DNA of 46,541 nt from Eubacteriales bacterium (GTDB lineage Bacteria > Bacillota > Clostridia > Oscillospirales > CAG-272), in NCBI GenBank assembly GCA_045536155.1, contig JAZSMZ010000050.1:1-46541 (forward strand). Reading direction: 5' to 3'. Every line of letters starts with the position of its first letter. The stretch's first letter is position 1. The position numbers and the translations under genes are program-made. Shown here one piece after another: positions 35,731-45,015 of the stretch. The notes under the pieces are model-generated. The model was not told where the DNA came from. It saw only the letters and a list, made by a program, of their open reading frames with translations, and did not search any database.

Positions 35731-35770
35731 AAAAAAGAAGGGACTGTTTTCACAGTCCCCTTTATTTTTT
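35731..35770. terminator. Bidirectional terminator between ymdB and the lipoprotein gene
   Basis: A-run, GGGACTGT-TTTC-ACAGTCCC (35740-35759), then T-run. Confidence 0.85.
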
Positions 35771-35773
35771 TAT

Positions 35774-36181
35774 TTATGCTGCGGTTTCGCTTGCCTCGGT
35801 AGTTTCCTCGGCAGGCTTGTACATGTCGATAATTTCCTGGATCTTTACAAGCTCGGCTTCCCATTCAGCGATGTAAGCGTCAAGCTCTTCCTCGGTCAAA
35901 TCAAGCCACTTGTTGACAACCTTTTTGGCGTCCTTGAGGTAGTTCTTCCATTCGTCGAACTGCTCGTGAAGCTCGGTTTCGATCTTCTTGCCGTCCTCGG
36001 TGGTCTCTTCGTTTCCGATTGCACCTGCGAGGTGAGCATAGTAGTTAGCGTAATAGTAAGCGTCGCCCATAAGTCCGTAGACTTCGTTGAGTCTGTTGCC
36101 CTTTTCCTTAAGCGGATCGGAGCAGGATACACAAGCGAAAATGCAGAGCGCACAAAGCATGAGCGCGATAAATCTTTTCAT
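35774..36181 (-). CDS. Putative lipoprotein, helical, unknown function
   Basis: Start at MKRFIALMLCALCIFACVSCS (ATG 36181, RBS GGAGG). Signal peptide with a lipobox-like IFAC. Confidence 0.65.
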   Translation of the reverse strand: MKRFIALMLCALCIFACVSCSDPLKEKGNRLNEVYGLMGDAYYYANYYAHLAGAIGNEETTEDGKKIETELHEQFDEWKNYLKDAKKVVNKWLDLTEEELDAYIAEWEAELVKIQEIIDMYKPAEETTEASETAA

Positions 36182-36263
36182 TATTAGATATAACCTCCGT
36201 AAAAAAATCACAAACAGTATTCTATCACAAACGGTTCAAACTGTCAATAGATGAGATACTATT

Positions 36264-37910
36264 TTATGGTTTATGCATCTGAATACCGTTGTTTTCCCAA
36301 CCGAGCATGTCGTAGGGGCTTACCGGAACGTCGAATATATAGGTTCCGAAGTGGAGGTTTACACCTGCGGTGAAACCGGTTGCGCCGACTACGCCGATGA
36401 TGGATCCTGCCTCGACGAAGTCTCCTTCGGCAACTGCATTGGAGCTTAAGTGAGCATAGAGTGTCTTAAGACCGAAGCCGTGGTCGACGATTACGGTACG
36501 TCCCGAAAGGGAGAGAGTGCCGACGTATACGACCTTACCGGGAGCTACCGAGTAGACCTGGTCGTTGTCGCGTACCATGAAGTCAACGCCCTCGTGACGG
36601 TAGGTGAGACCTGTTGCGGTGAGGGTACGGTGGATACCGATACCGACCTTGACCTGACGGTCGTTTACGCAGGGACGTGTGAGTGCCTGATTGTCCTTCC
36701 AATAACGCTTGTCAAGCGAATCGGCGAATATGCCGGAGAGAGTTTCGTTGAAGTCGTTGATGGTGGCCTCTGTTCTCGTATAGGCGATGATCTCGGCGGA
36801 GATGTTGTAATCGCGCCAGAGGAATTTCTTGTCTTCACATCCGAGAGTGAGCTGGCTGGTGTTGCCGTCAACGGTGAGGGTGAAGGTGTAGGAGGGCGAG
36901 TAGTCGAGATCGAGCGCAAGGGGAACGAGCGCTATGACGTTTTCGCCTTCTGCAAAGAAGGTGGGAGTGAAGTTGATGGAGGGTTCACTCGTAAATTCAA
37001 TTTCCGAAGGATCGGCTACGTTCTTACCTGTGATAACAACGAATTCACCGGGAGCGATCGTTGTTGCACCGAGGTAGAATTCTGCGGGAGCACGAACGTC
37101 AGCAATGAAGCGATATTCGGCCTCGCCGTAGCTTCCGCGCTCTTCGTTTTCAAACCATGTTGCGTTTACAACGACTGTAAGGCGTGCGGTTTCGGTGAAG
37201 GAAAGGGAAGAGAGCGATTCGTAGCTGTCGTTGAAGATGAAGCTGTCGCCCTGGAGCACCTTTACGTTTACGGTGTCGGGCTGAGTATCAAACGCGAGGT
37301 TGATCGATCCGGATACTCTGTATTCGATGTTGTCGCTGTCAGAAAGGGAAACGACAGCCTCGGAATACTGTCCGTTGGAGAGTTTGTAGTTCCATTTCAT
37401 CGATTTGGGAAGAACGGTGTTGCCTGAAACGGTCATGCTCGGAGCGGCGGCATCCTTGTAAAGCGGAACTGCAAACTTGGATGTTACAAAGTCGCTTGCA
37501 TCGTCGACTTTGATCTGGTACGCATTGCCCTTGTTGTCGGTATAGTATGCATCGGTGGGGTCTGCGGTGAAATAATATTTATATGTCGTTTTGAGATTGT
37601 AGCTGTAATAGGTTACAATGTAGCAGGGAGCATCGGTCAGAGGCTCGGGAAGCTCCTCGATGGAAGAAGCGTGATTGTTCAGATCGATAAAGAAATCGAT
37701 AGGCTCCTTTTCCGCGGGATTTTCCGAATCGGTCTTTTTGTTTTCCGAATCAAAGGTGTAGAGATTGCCGTCTATATCTGCCATCTCCATTTTGTAAACT
37801 ACGCCCTTGGATACAGGGGCATTCTGTGCAACCGCATAGAATGTAATGGCAATATAAGTCGGTATGAAGAGAAGCACTATACCGAGCGCTATCAAAAGCT
37901 TTTTCTTCAT
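36264..37910 (-). CDS. M23/LytM-domain membrane-anchored protein (second metal motif degenerate)
   Basis: N-terminal TM segment. C-terminal LytM domain RHEGVDF (HxxxD), TVIVDHGFGLKTLYAHL, then GATGFTAGVNLHFG where canonical members have G.HLHFE. Confidence 0.8.
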   Translation of the reverse strand: MKKKLLIALGIVLLFIPTYIAITFYAVAQNAPVSKGVVYKMEMADIDGNLYTFDSENKKTDSENPAEKEPIDFFIDLNNHASSIEELPEPLTDAPCYIVTYYSYNLKTTYKYYFTADPTDAYYTDNKGNAYQIKVDDASDFVTSKFAVPLYKDAAAPSMTVSGNTVLPKSMKWNYKLSNGQYSEAVVSLSDSDNIEYRVSGSINLAFDTQPDTVNVKVLQGDSFIFNDSYESLSSLSFTETARLTVVVNATWFENEERGSYGEAEYRFIADVRAPAEFYLGATTIAPGEFVVITGKNVADPSEIEFTSEPSINFTPTFFAEGENVIALVPLALDLDYSPSYTFTLTVDGNTSQLTLGCEDKKFLWRDYNISAEIIAYTRTEATINDFNETLSGIFADSLDKRYWKDNQALTRPCVNDRQVKVGIGIHRTLTATGLTYRHEGVDFMVRDNDQVYSVAPGKVVYVGTLSLSGRTVIVDHGFGLKTLYAHLSSNAVAEGDFVEAGSIIGVVGATGFTAGVNLHFGTYIFDVPVSPYDMLGWENNGIQMHKP

Positions 37911-38133
37911 ATGATCATCTTTCCTTTCTCAAACCGTCAGGTGCTCGATGCAAAAAACACCTACATTAATTATAATATATTCTATTGTATATTATATACT
38001 AATCATCGGTCAAGGTCAAGACCTATTTTTGCATTTTAGAAAAAAATAAGGTGAATTTTTGACATTTTTCGTGTTATTTTTTTGCATAAAATGAAAAAGA
38101 GTTGAAAATAAATTTTGTTTGGCAAAAAAAGCG

Positions 38134-38188
38134 CAAAAAAACGGCGAGCCGCTCCCTTAAAAACAGGGTAAGGCATCGCCGTTTTTTG
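38134..38188 (-). terminator. Terminator after the acidic membrane protein gene
   Basis: ACGGCGA (38141-38147) / TCGCCGT (38176-38182) with inner pairing. Flanked by a T-run on the minus strand and an A-run on the other side. Confidence 0.65.
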
Positions 38189-38194
38189 TCTTGT

Positions 38195-40357
38195 TTATTC
38201 GTCGTCTTCGGGTGATTTGAAGGTGCTTATGAGAGCTTCGATAAGGGACATCTCCATTTTTGCCATACCCATGTAAGGAACGAATTTGTCGTTTTGCATC
38301 TCTTCAAAACGCTTTTTGGCCTTGACGCATATCGCTTCGGCGGCATGGACGTTGCCGAGAGTGCGCAACGCATAATATGCCTGAATTCTCATAAAGGAAA
38401 GCGATGAATCGGCGCGTATCAGACGTCGGTAATCGTATGCGGCAGGTGGATTGTTTTCGATCGAATATGCATAGCACAGCTCGCGGCAGAGATATTCGCG
38501 TATCTGCGCGGGGAATCTCTTTATGTGCTTTTGAAGGGACAGCAGATATTTGTTCTGCTCACCGCTTTGCTTGTCGAGCTCGGCAAGATAGCGGTAAAAC
38601 AGGCAAAGCAGCAGATACTGCGACGGATTTTGAGCAAATTCGAGATATCTCGGATAGGGGCGCAGGCTTTCGGCCTTGTATAGGTCTTTGTCAACGAAGG
38701 CACGGGGAGTATATGCCTCGGCGTTCGCGGCACCCTCTTCGCCCTCTTCGGCATCTTCCTTTTTGGGAAGGAAGTCACCGCTTTTTGCCGTCGTTTCCTC
38801 GCAGATATATGCGGCATCCATCGCTTCGGACGCATATTGCTCTGCCTCGCGAGAAAGCTTTTTGGTGACGGCTTTGTCGGTCTTATCATCGTAGAGCGCG
38901 GTGTTAACAATTACCTCGTCGCACACTGTGACAGCACTGCCGTCCTCGCCGTTTTCCTTGTGTTCAACGTAGGGCTCGCTCGTCATTTTGACCGAGCTTA
39001 ACTTGAAGTCGGGAATATCGAGCTCGTTCGGGGATATACCCATGTAAAGCTGACTTTCGGCGATGCAAAGGCGTATAAGATATACTGTCCTCGGCGCACG
39101 CGAAAACAGCGCACGGATGATATTTCCGTCTGTCGGAGCGGCAGAACGGAATGCGGGGAAGAAATTGAGCGCAAAAACAATGAGAGCTGCGGCAAATGCG
39201 GGATAGAGTATAAGCAGAACAAGCTTGCCAATATAAACTATCGAAAAAACGATTGCCAAAATCAAGAGCAGGGCCGCAAATATGGCGGTGATGGCAAAGC
39301 CGCCGCCAAAGAAGCGGATCATTTTGGTATCTAACGTCTCGTCTTCTTTTTTCGGAGTGGCAACTATCATTACCTTTGAGGGGAAAGCAAATGAAAGCTT
39401 TGCTTTTTTATTGTCAAATACAAAACGCAAAAATAAAAAATGAAACAGATGGACCGATGCGCCCGTCATGCGTGCCGATATAAGGCGCCCGATAGCGTAT
39501 ATGTTGGCAAATATGCCGATCGCCAAAAGCAGCACTGCGGCACATATCAAAAGCTCGTCGAGCAAGGAAAGCAGATAGAACATGATGGGTACGATAGCCA
39601 TCGCGATACCGAGCAAAGCTCCGCTGACGATCTGTAAAACAGAAATATAGGTCGGATTTGCCACTCTGTCGGGTGAGTATTCCTGATCCTTTGGACGTCG
39701 CAGCACGTTGGGCTCGTATTCAAAGCGGTATTCCGCTTTTTCGCCTTTTTCGGCCTCATCTGCTACTGCTGCCACTTCGGACTCGTCGACCTTTTTCGCT
39801 TCTTCTACTGTTTCGGCTTCGTTAGCTTCGTCTTTAACGTCCGATGTGATACCGACATCTGCTTCGGCGATTTCTTCAATCGCTTCTTCTATCTCTTCGG
39901 GAGCGACAGATTCTTCATAAGGAGTCTCTTCTTCGACAGCCTCGTCGGCTGTCTCAGCGCCGTCGGCCTCTTCTTTTGCAACGATCTCGCTCATTTCCTC
40001 CACAGCAGAATCGTCAACGGCAGTTTCGACGAGCTCTTGAATTACGTCACTCGATTCGACTGTCTCGCCGCCATCGCTTACCGATTCGACTTCACTTTCG
40101 GCCTGCTCCTCCTCGATCTCTTCGGGAAGCTCTTCACGCACAACGTGAATGCCCGCAATGTACATGATCTCGGACGAATCCTTGAAGGTGGGATTAAATC
40201 CGCTGCCGGGAGTAACGTCCGTTTTATAAACGGGAGAAGGCGGTGCACCCTCTTCGGGCACGCCGCCGTTTTGATTAATTTCGGGTTTTACGTCCTTTTT
40301 GGGGACGTCCTTATCCGTCAAGGGAAGATCATCGTTTAAATTCGTATTATCTACCAT
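38195..40357 (-). CDS. Membrane protein with acidic low-complexity N-terminus and M50 (site-2 protease)-like core lacking HExxH
   Basis: Residues about 80-200 are E/A/V-rich acidic repeats. TM core contains NFFPAFRSAAPTDGNII (resembles NxxPxxPLDGG), but ANIYAIGRLISARMTGA sits where HExGHxxxAR..G is expected. C-terminal helical, TPR-like region. Confidence 0.5.
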   Translation of the reverse strand: MVDNTNLNDDLPLTDKDVPKKDVKPEINQNGGVPEEGAPPSPVYKTDVTPGSGFNPTFKDSSEIMYIAGIHVVREELPEEIEEEQAESEVESVSDGGETVESSDVIQELVETAVDDSAVEEMSEIVAKEEADGAETADEAVEEETPYEESVAPEEIEEAIEEIAEADVGITSDVKDEANEAETVEEAKKVDESEVAAVADEAEKGEKAEYRFEYEPNVLRRPKDQEYSPDRVANPTYISVLQIVSGALLGIAMAIVPIMFYLLSLLDELLICAAVLLLAIGIFANIYAIGRLISARMTGASVHLFHFLFLRFVFDNKKAKLSFAFPSKVMIVATPKKEDETLDTKMIRFFGGGFAITAIFAALLLILAIVFSIVYIGKLVLLILYPAFAAALIVFALNFFPAFRSAAPTDGNIIRALFSRAPRTVYLIRLCIAESQLYMGISPNELDIPDFKLSSVKMTSEPYVEHKENGEDGSAVTVCDEVIVNTALYDDKTDKAVTKKLSREAEQYASEAMDAAYICEETTAKSGDFLPKKEDAEEGEEGAANAEAYTPRAFVDKDLYKAESLRPYPRYLEFAQNPSQYLLLCLFYRYLAELDKQSGEQNKYLLSLQKHIKRFPAQIREYLCRELCYAYSIENNPPAAYDYRRLIRADSSLSFMRIQAYYALRTLGNVHAAEAICVKAKKRFEEMQNDKFVPYMGMAKMEMSLIEALISTFKSPEDDE

Positions 40358-40397
40358 GCTCGGATTCTCCGTAGGATTATGAGTTGGATTTTATCTC

Positions 40398-41684
40398 TCA
40401 GGCAGAAATCTCACCGAGTAATTTTTCTGCCGAAGCGATCTTTATGCAAAGACAAAGTATATCTGAAGCGATCTTTAAGTCCTCGTTTGAGGGATAGGTG
40501 GGCGCGATGCGGAGATTGCGGTCGCGCGGGTCGCGTCCGTAGGGGAAGGTTGCACCTGCGCCGGTGAGTGTAACACCTGCCTCGCGCGCAAGCTCAAATA
40601 CGCGCTTTGCACAGCCGTCGAGGGTGTTAACGCTGATGAAATATCCGCCCTTGGGGGAATTCCATTCGGCAATATCAAGCTCGCGAAGCTGATCGAGAGC
40701 ATCGAGAACGATCTCGAACTTGGGGCGAATGATGTCGGCATGCAATTTCATGTGATCGCGCATGCCCTTGGCATCGCCGAAGTAGACGACGTGGCGCATC
40801 TGGTTTATCTTGTCGTAACCGATGGTCTGGTACGACATATACTTTTTGGTGTGCTCGATGTTGCACTTCGATGCCGCCAGAACAGCAACGCCCGATCCGG
40901 GGAAGGTTACCTTGGAGGTGGACATAAACTCAAGGGGCATATTGGGATTGCCGTACTTTGCTGCCTCGGCAATGATGTTGGGCTGATCGGCCAGCTCATC
41001 GTAGAGTGCGTGAATAACGTACGCGTTGTCCCACATGATGCGGAAATCCTTTGCGGCAGGCTTGAGGGCGGCAAAACGGCGGACCGTTTCGTTTGAATAT
41101 ACGATACCGTCGGGATTTGAGTATTTCGGTACGCACCAGACACCCTTTATCGAGTCGTCGGATGCAACGAGCTCTTCGATCATATCCATGTCGGGACCGT
41201 CGGCGGTCATGGGGACGTTGATCATCTCGATGCCGAACACCTCGCAGATGGCGAAGTGACGGTCATAGCCGGGTACGGGGCAGAGGAATTTAACCTTGGG
41301 AAGCTTCGACCAGGGGTTATCGCTGTCGCAGGTTCCGAAGAGCATGAAGCGCGCGATCTCGTCGTACATAGCGTTAAGGCTGGAGTTGCCCTGCATGATG
41401 ATGTTTTCGATCGGTACTTCGAGAATATCGGCAAACATTCTCTTTGCCTCGGGGATTCCGTCAAGTAATCCGTAGTTGCGGCAATCGAGACCGTTTTCGC
41501 AGATGCAGTCCTCGGGATCGGATATTACGCTGAGCATCTTCTGTGTCAGTACGAGCTGCTCGCTGCCCGGCTTTCCGCGGGACATATCGAGCTTCATTTC
41601 TTTGGCTTTGTATTGGGCAAACTTACCGCCAAGCACGGCAAGCTCGCCCTTCAGCTGCTCTGCGGTCATTTCACTGTATTTCAA
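40398..41684 (-). CDS. PLP-dependent aminotransferase (class I/II fold, PF12897-like)
   Basis: KLDMSRGKPGSEQL, NSSLNAMYD, FLCPVPGYDRHF and STSKVTFPGSG (Lys for PLP). Start uncertain: TTG 41684 (MKYSEMT, AAAGGAAC 8 nt upstream) or ATG 41669; the track start at 41735 is a TTG without an RBS. Confidence 0.75.
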   Translation of the reverse strand: MKYSEMTAEQLKGELAVLGGKFAQYKAKEMKLDMSRGKPGSEQLVLTQKMLSVISDPEDCICENGLDCRNYGLLDGIPEAKRMFADILEVPIENIIMQGNSSLNAMYDEIARFMLFGTCDSDNPWSKLPKVKFLCPVPGYDRHFAICEVFGIEMINVPMTADGPDMDMIEELVASDDSIKGVWCVPKYSNPDGIVYSNETVRRFAALKPAAKDFRIMWDNAYVIHALYDELADQPNIIAEAAKYGNPNMPLEFMSTSKVTFPGSGVAVLAASKCNIEHTKKYMSYQTIGYDKINQMRHVVYFGDAKGMRDHMKLHADIIRPKFEIVLDALDQLRELDIAEWNSPKGGYFISVNTLDGCAKRVFELAREAGVTLTGAGATFPYGRDPRDRNLRIAPTYPSNEDLKIASDILCLCIKIASAEKLLGEISA

Positions 41685-41793
41685 AATAGTAGTTCCTTTT
41701 AGTCTTTTCAAGTGGGGTGGAGGGTACGCATTCAATCAAAAAATGGGTACAACGGTAGCTTTTTTCGCGCGCACATCGCGTAAGGGCAGTCGA

Positions 41794-43188
41794 TTAGAAA
41801 TCGGCGTTGCCTGTTGTTCTCGGGAATGCCTCAACGTCGCGGATGTTGTTGATGCCGGTGACGTACATGATAAGGCGCTCAAATCCGAGACCGAATCCTG
41901 CATGCTTGGTTCCGCCGTATTTGCGGAGCTCGAGGTACCACCAGTAATCGTCCTCATCGAGACCGAAGCGGTTGAGGGCGTCGAGCAGGTAATCCATTCT
42001 TTCCTCTCTCTGCGATCCGCCGCAAAGCTCACCTACACCGGGAACGAGCATATCGGCGGCGGCAACGGTGCGGCCGTCGTCGTTGAGACGCATGTAGAAT
42101 GCCTTGATCTCACGCGGCCAGTCGGTAACGAATACCGGCTTTTTGAAGTATTCCTCGGTGAGATATCTCTCGTGCTCGGTCTGAAGGTCTTCGCCCCAGC
42201 CGACGGGATATTCGAATTTCTTGCCCGATTCGGCAAGCAATTTCATGGCATCGGTATATGTTATGCGGGCAAAGTCGCTGTTGATAACGTTTTCAAATCT
42301 TTCAAGGAGAGTGTTGTCGATGAACTTGTTGAAGAATTCAAGCTCGGGACGACAGGTCTTGAGCAGGTGCTTAAGCACGTACTTGAGCATATCCTCGGAG
42401 AGCTGCATCTCGTCGTTGAGATCGGCAAAGGCGATCTCGGGCTCCATCATCCAGAACTCTGCCGCATGGCGGGGAGTGAACGATTTTTCCGCACGGAAGG
42501 TGGGGCCGAAGGTGTAAACCTTGCTGTATGCCATAGCGAAGCATTCAACGTTGAGCTGGCCGGATACGGTGAGGTTGGCGCCGCGACCGAAGAAGTCCTG
42601 CGAGAAGTCTACCTTGCCGTCCTCGGTGCGAGGAGGATTTTCCATATCAAGGGTAGTGATGCGGAACATTTCGCCCGCACCCTCGCAGTCGCTGGCGGTT
42701 ACGATGGGAGTGTGAACGTATACGAAACCGCGCTCGTTGAAGAAGCTGTGGATAGCGTAAGCTGCCTCGGAGCGTACGCGGAAGACTGCATTGAAGGTGT
42801 TCGCACGGGGGCGCAGGTGCGCGATGGTGCGTAAGAATTCCATCGAGTGCTTCTTGTTCTGGAGCGGATATTCGGGTGTGGAGGTACCCTCGATCTCGAT
42901 CTTTTCTGCCTGCATCTCGAAGGGCTGCTTTGCATCGGGAGTAAGTATAAACTTGCCGGAAACGACGAAGGATGCGCCGATGTTCTGCGCGGCAACCTCC
43001 GCAAAGTTGTCGAGCTTATCTTTGTCAAATACGATTTGAAGGTTTCCGAAGTAGCTTCCGTCATTTATGGTGAGGAATCCGAAAACGTTGCTTGCGCGTA
43101 TGGAACGTGCCCAACCGGCAACGGTGATAGTCTGATCTGCAAAGGATTCGGGAGATTTGTAAAGCGCGGAAATCTCTGTTCTTTTCAT
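41794..43188 (-). CDS. asnS: Asparagine--tRNA ligase
   Basis: [20 protein letters not shown], class II motifs [21 protein letters not shown] and [17 protein letters not shown]. 464 aa. Confidence 0.92.
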   Translation of the reverse strand: MKRTEISALYKSPESFADQTITVAGWARSIRASNVFGFLTINDGSYFGNLQIVFDKDKLDNFAEVAAQNIGASFVVSGKFILTPDAKQPFEMQAEKIEIEGTSTPEYPLQNKKHSMEFLRTIAHLRPRANTFNAVFRVRSEAAYAIHSFFNERGFVYVHTPIVTASDCEGAGEMFRITTLDMENPPRTEDGKVDFSQDFFGRGANLTVSGQLNVECFAMAYSKVYTFGPTFRAEKSFTPRHAAEFWMMEPEIAFADLNDEMQLSEDMLKYVLKHLLKTCRPELEFFNKFIDNTLLERFENVINSDFARITYTDAMKLLAESGKKFEYPVGWGEDLQTEHERYLTEEYFKKPVFVTDWPREIKAFYMRLNDDGRTVAAADMLVPGVGELCGGSQREERMDYLLDALNRFGLDEDDYWWYLELRKYGGTKHAGFGLGFERLIMYVTGINNIRDVEAFPRTTGNADF

Positions 43189-43302
43189 CTTTTTGCTCCA
43201 TTTATTATAATAATAGTCTTTATGTAACTTTTTTGTGCATGTCTGCGATGCATTTTTTATGTCGTTTACGGTTAAAAAAACGCAACACTGTTCTGACTGT
43301 TA

Positions 43303-43331
43303 ATTATAACTCATAAAGCTCATTAAATCAA
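43303..43331 (-). promoter_or_regulatory. Promoter of asnS
   Basis: Minus strand TTGATT (43331..43326), 17-nt spacer, TATAAT (43308..43303). Confidence 0.55.
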
Positions 43332-43434
43332 CAGTATGGCGCTATTGTTTAAAAAATGTTAATAATTACCGAGCCGTTCTGACAGTCAATAATGAATTTT
43401 TGACGAATTGTCCTTGCAAAATGAAGCAAAAATG

Positions 43435-43465
43435 AAACGGAGGATTTTTCAAAAATCCTCCGTTT
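43435..43465 (-). terminator. Terminator after terL
   Basis: Near-perfect palindrome AAACGGAGGATTTTT-C-AAAAATCCTCCGTTT, starting 5 nt after the terL stop. Confidence 0.8.
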
Positions 43466-43470
43466 ATATA

Positions 43471-44676
43471 TCATACGCGCACGCGCTCAAGGGCGTATTC
43501 AAAAGCGTCGAGTGTGTCGATGTCGGTGCTGAAATCGTCAAGTCGGCGCTCGCCGTCGCTGTCCCACATCGCGCTTGACAGAGCATCGGCAAGTGTTCCG
43601 GCGTCGTCGCCTATCTTGAGCCGATCGCGTGAGAGCAGTGCGCTCGTCATGGCGATTCTCGACGAAACCGCCGATTTTTTCGCTCCCCTTATCGATACCG
43701 ATGAAAGCTCTTCTATTCTGCCGATATCGTGTATAAGGCCGTGAAGGAGCACCGGCTCGGCGTTATCGCAGAAGATGCTGTCCGGCAAAATATCGTATTT
43801 CTGTCGCAGCTCGTAAAGAAATCCGGCAACCCAATCGGTGAGCGCGGCAGGGTGGCAAACGCTTTCAAGGTGCGATTTTAGGGCGGTCACCGCAACGCCG
43901 TCCGATGTGTTTTTCACCCCGATGCAAACGAGCGCGCTCTTACTTTTGTTGCCCCCGAAATCAAGTCCGAATATCACTCGGTCAAAGCCGACAAGATCTT
44001 CCTTTTTCGCTCTGTATCTCTCGGGACAGTTGGCAAAAAGACGGTAAATTATGCCCTCGGCGGCAGTCCACTTGCCTAAAATATAGCGATCGTAAAAGAC
44101 CGTACCCTCGTATTCGCGCTTCAGGGCTGAGATGAAATCCGCCGGCAAAAAGGGGTTGTCGTCGATGAGATAGTCCTGACGGTAAATGTCGGCATCGGAA
44201 TCGAGAAATTTCTTGAACCAGTGGCTCGGATGCGCGGGATTGCAGCTGCCGTCAAATACCGACGAGGGCTTGTCGAGTCGGCTTTGAAGCATGCGGAACA
44301 CCTTTTCGTTCCATGTGGTGATCTCATCGCCGTAGCAGTATCCGATCGAGCTGCCCTGCAGCTTTGACGCCGCATCGGCGCTCGCCGCGCCCAGCGTGTA
44401 GCAATCCTTGCCGAAGAGCTGTACCATGCCGTCGCCGTTGATGGACCCTACAAGCTCGCCGCCCCAGATGCGGCGCATTGGATCGAGTACGTTGCGCTCA
44501 AGCGTGCCGCGCGTCATGCCGATAAGCACGATGGCTCCGTCGGTCAGATTTTTGAGTCGAATCGGGATCATAAAATAGTCGGCGTATGTTTTTCCCGATC
44601 GCACCGCTCCGCATTTGATGTTCCACCGCCTGTTTGCCGAGCGGATGTATTCGAGCTGTTTTTCGGACAGCAGCAT
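43471..44676 (-). CDS. terL: Phage terminase large subunit (PBSX-type), apparently intact
   Basis: Walker A CGAVRSGKTY, Walker B-like GYCYGDEITTWNE, nuclease-half acidic motifs GLDFGGNKS and FCDNAEP. ATG 44676 (GTG 44679 is the alternative) overlaps the stop of the upstream small ORF (GTGATG). Confidence 0.85.
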   Translation of the reverse strand: MLLSEKQLEYIRSANRRWNIKCGAVRSGKTYADYFMIPIRLKNLTDGAIVLIGMTRGTLERNVLDPMRRIWGGELVGSINGDGMVQLFGKDCYTLGAASADAASKLQGSSIGYCYGDEITTWNEKVFRMLQSRLDKPSSVFDGSCNPAHPSHWFKKFLDSDADIYRQDYLIDDNPFLPADFISALKREYEGTVFYDRYILGKWTAAEGIIYRLFANCPERYRAKKEDLVGFDRVIFGLDFGGNKSKSALVCIGVKNTSDGVAVTALKSHLESVCHPAALTDWVAGFLYELRQKYDILPDSIFCDNAEPVLLHGLIHDIGRIEELSSVSIRGAKKSAVSSRIAMTSALLSRDRLKIGDDAGTLADALSSAMWDSDGERRLDDFSTDIDTLDAFEYALERVRV

Positions 44677-44870
44677 CACTTTTCACCCGTCAGACGGCAA
44701 AAGATCTCGTCGAGCTTTTGGCGGGTCTCCTCGCTTCTGTCTTCGTTGTCCAGCCCGAGCAGGATATTCAGCGCGCGCAGTCTGTCGCCTGTACTGCTTT
44801 CGCAGTCAAAGGCAACGTCTTCGATGGCATCAATTATCTTTTGACGTCTTGTTTTTTTCTTTCTTGGCAA
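44676..44870 (-). CDS. 64-aa protein resembling only the C-terminal part of a small terminase subunit
   Basis: TTG start with GGAGG 7 nt upstream, translationally coupled to terL. GDRLRALNILLGLDNED resembles the DRLKALELLGK segment of Terminase_2-type TerS. No N-terminal HTH. Confidence 0.5.
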   Translation of the reverse strand: MPRKKKTRRQKIIDAIEDVAFDCESSTGDRLRALNILLGLDNEDRSEETRQKLDEIFCRLTGEK

Positions 44871-44884
44871 AAAAATACCTCCGT

Positions 44885-44932
44885 AAAAAAATAATCGCCG
44901 TCCGCCTCTATATTATAGCGGATACGGCGATT
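44885..44932 (-). terminator. Terminator between the repressor gene and the terS-like/terL genes
   Basis: Minus strand AATCGCCGTATCCGC-loop-GCGGACGGCGATT followed by ATTTTTTTAC. Confidence 0.7.
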
Positions 44933-45015
44933 TATTTCCTTACGGATTTCACAGCAGGGAGCTGTGTTAAAACAGCTTAAAAGGCTGTTTTGCTAAAATG
45001 TTTCGAGATTTTGAA

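Noticed and set aside
36450-37427. 325-aa ORF on the plus strand
   Set aside because: It is antisense to the M23-domain gene, with a Gly/Val-rich shadow-frame composition.
41476-42834. 452-aa ORF on the plus strand
   Set aside because: It is antisense to asnS and the 5' end of the aminotransferase gene, and has no recognisable motifs. This is a shadow ORF.
43189-43302. Possible T-box or other leader upstream of asnS
   Set aside because: The roughly 110-nt leader has no GGUGGUACC-type T-box sequence, no specifier-loop features and no terminator/antiterminator pair.
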